DNA of 30,004 nucleotides from a virus (Duplodnaviria; Heunggongvirae; Uroviricota; Caudoviricetes): IMG/VR virus record IMGVR_UViG_2872198387_000003; one strand, 5' to 3'. Shown piece by piece: positions 29,569 to 30,004 of this stretch (position 1 is its first letter; each line of letters starts with the position of its first letter). The notes under the pieces were generated by a model. It saw only the letters and a program-made list of their open reading frames with translations, ran no database searches and was not told where the DNA came from. The position numbers and the translations under genes were made by a program.

Positions 29569-30004
29569 GGACGCCTGCATCAAAACGTTCAGAAACGACA
29601 TCGGTCAAACCATAATCAATGGTAAGCTGAATATCAATTTCAGGATGCGATTTCAGGAATGTGCGCATGGCTGGTAACAATATCGTTTTTGCTGCATGTT
29701 CTACAGTAGTAATACGTATTGTCCCGGATGGGCGGTTCTGCAGATCGCTCAGGGATGTCAGGGCAGAATCTATGTCATGCAATATAGGGCCAAGAACAGA
29801 CAAAAGATGCTCGCCCGCTTCAGTGGGTACAACGCTGCGCGTGGTTCGCGTCAGAAGCCGCAATCCCAATCGTTCTTCTATACGGCGCACTATCTGGCTT
29901 AAAGCTGACTGCACCATGCTCAGGCGGGCTGCTGCGCGAGTGAAGCTACGCTCCTCTGCAACGACGACAAACGCCATCAGATCAGCGATTTCTTCACGCT
30001 TCAT
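29569..30004 (-). CDS. LysR-family transcriptional regulator, N-terminal ~145 aa only; the C-terminus is replaced by the IS600 copy 4 end
   Basis: MKREEIADLMAFVVVAEERSFTRAAARLSMVQSALSQIVRRIEERLGLRLLTRTTRSV... is a typical LysR HTH; the ORF runs into the IS600 terminal sequence. Confidence 0.7.

Overview
This 30 kb window is an IS-saturated accessory region of a Shigella/E. coli-type chromosome, read directly from the sequence with no database search. It holds ten IS copies or remnants (four IS600, two IS2, one IS1, one IS911, one IS3-family IS407-like element, one 61-bp IS911 end) that interrupt a prpB phosphatase gene, an ipaH type III effector gene with an upstream MxiE box, and a decayed lambdoid prophage. 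The prophage runs on the minus strand from about 28265 down to 16472: O-like initiator, dnaC-like loader, HNH endonuclease, hok/mok toxin, Q-like protein, tR'-like terminator, ORF6N antirepressor, then four phage-type tRNAs. The most unusual feature is at 12952-13404: a perfect 23-bp phage T7 class III promoter consensus on the minus strand, followed by ~47-bp tandem repeats rich in TTAAAG motifs, immediately downstream of a tyrosine-integrase remnant. I read this as the right end of a T7-like temperate phage or T7-dependent element, not an ordinary lambdoid prophage part. A second candidate is a compact four-gene cassette (9418-11683) with no recognisable family, boxed in by IS2 and IS600. 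IS names, boundaries and target-site duplications (TSDs) come from the sequence and remembered IS end sequences; all product names are from motif recognition and memory and should be confirmed by homology search.
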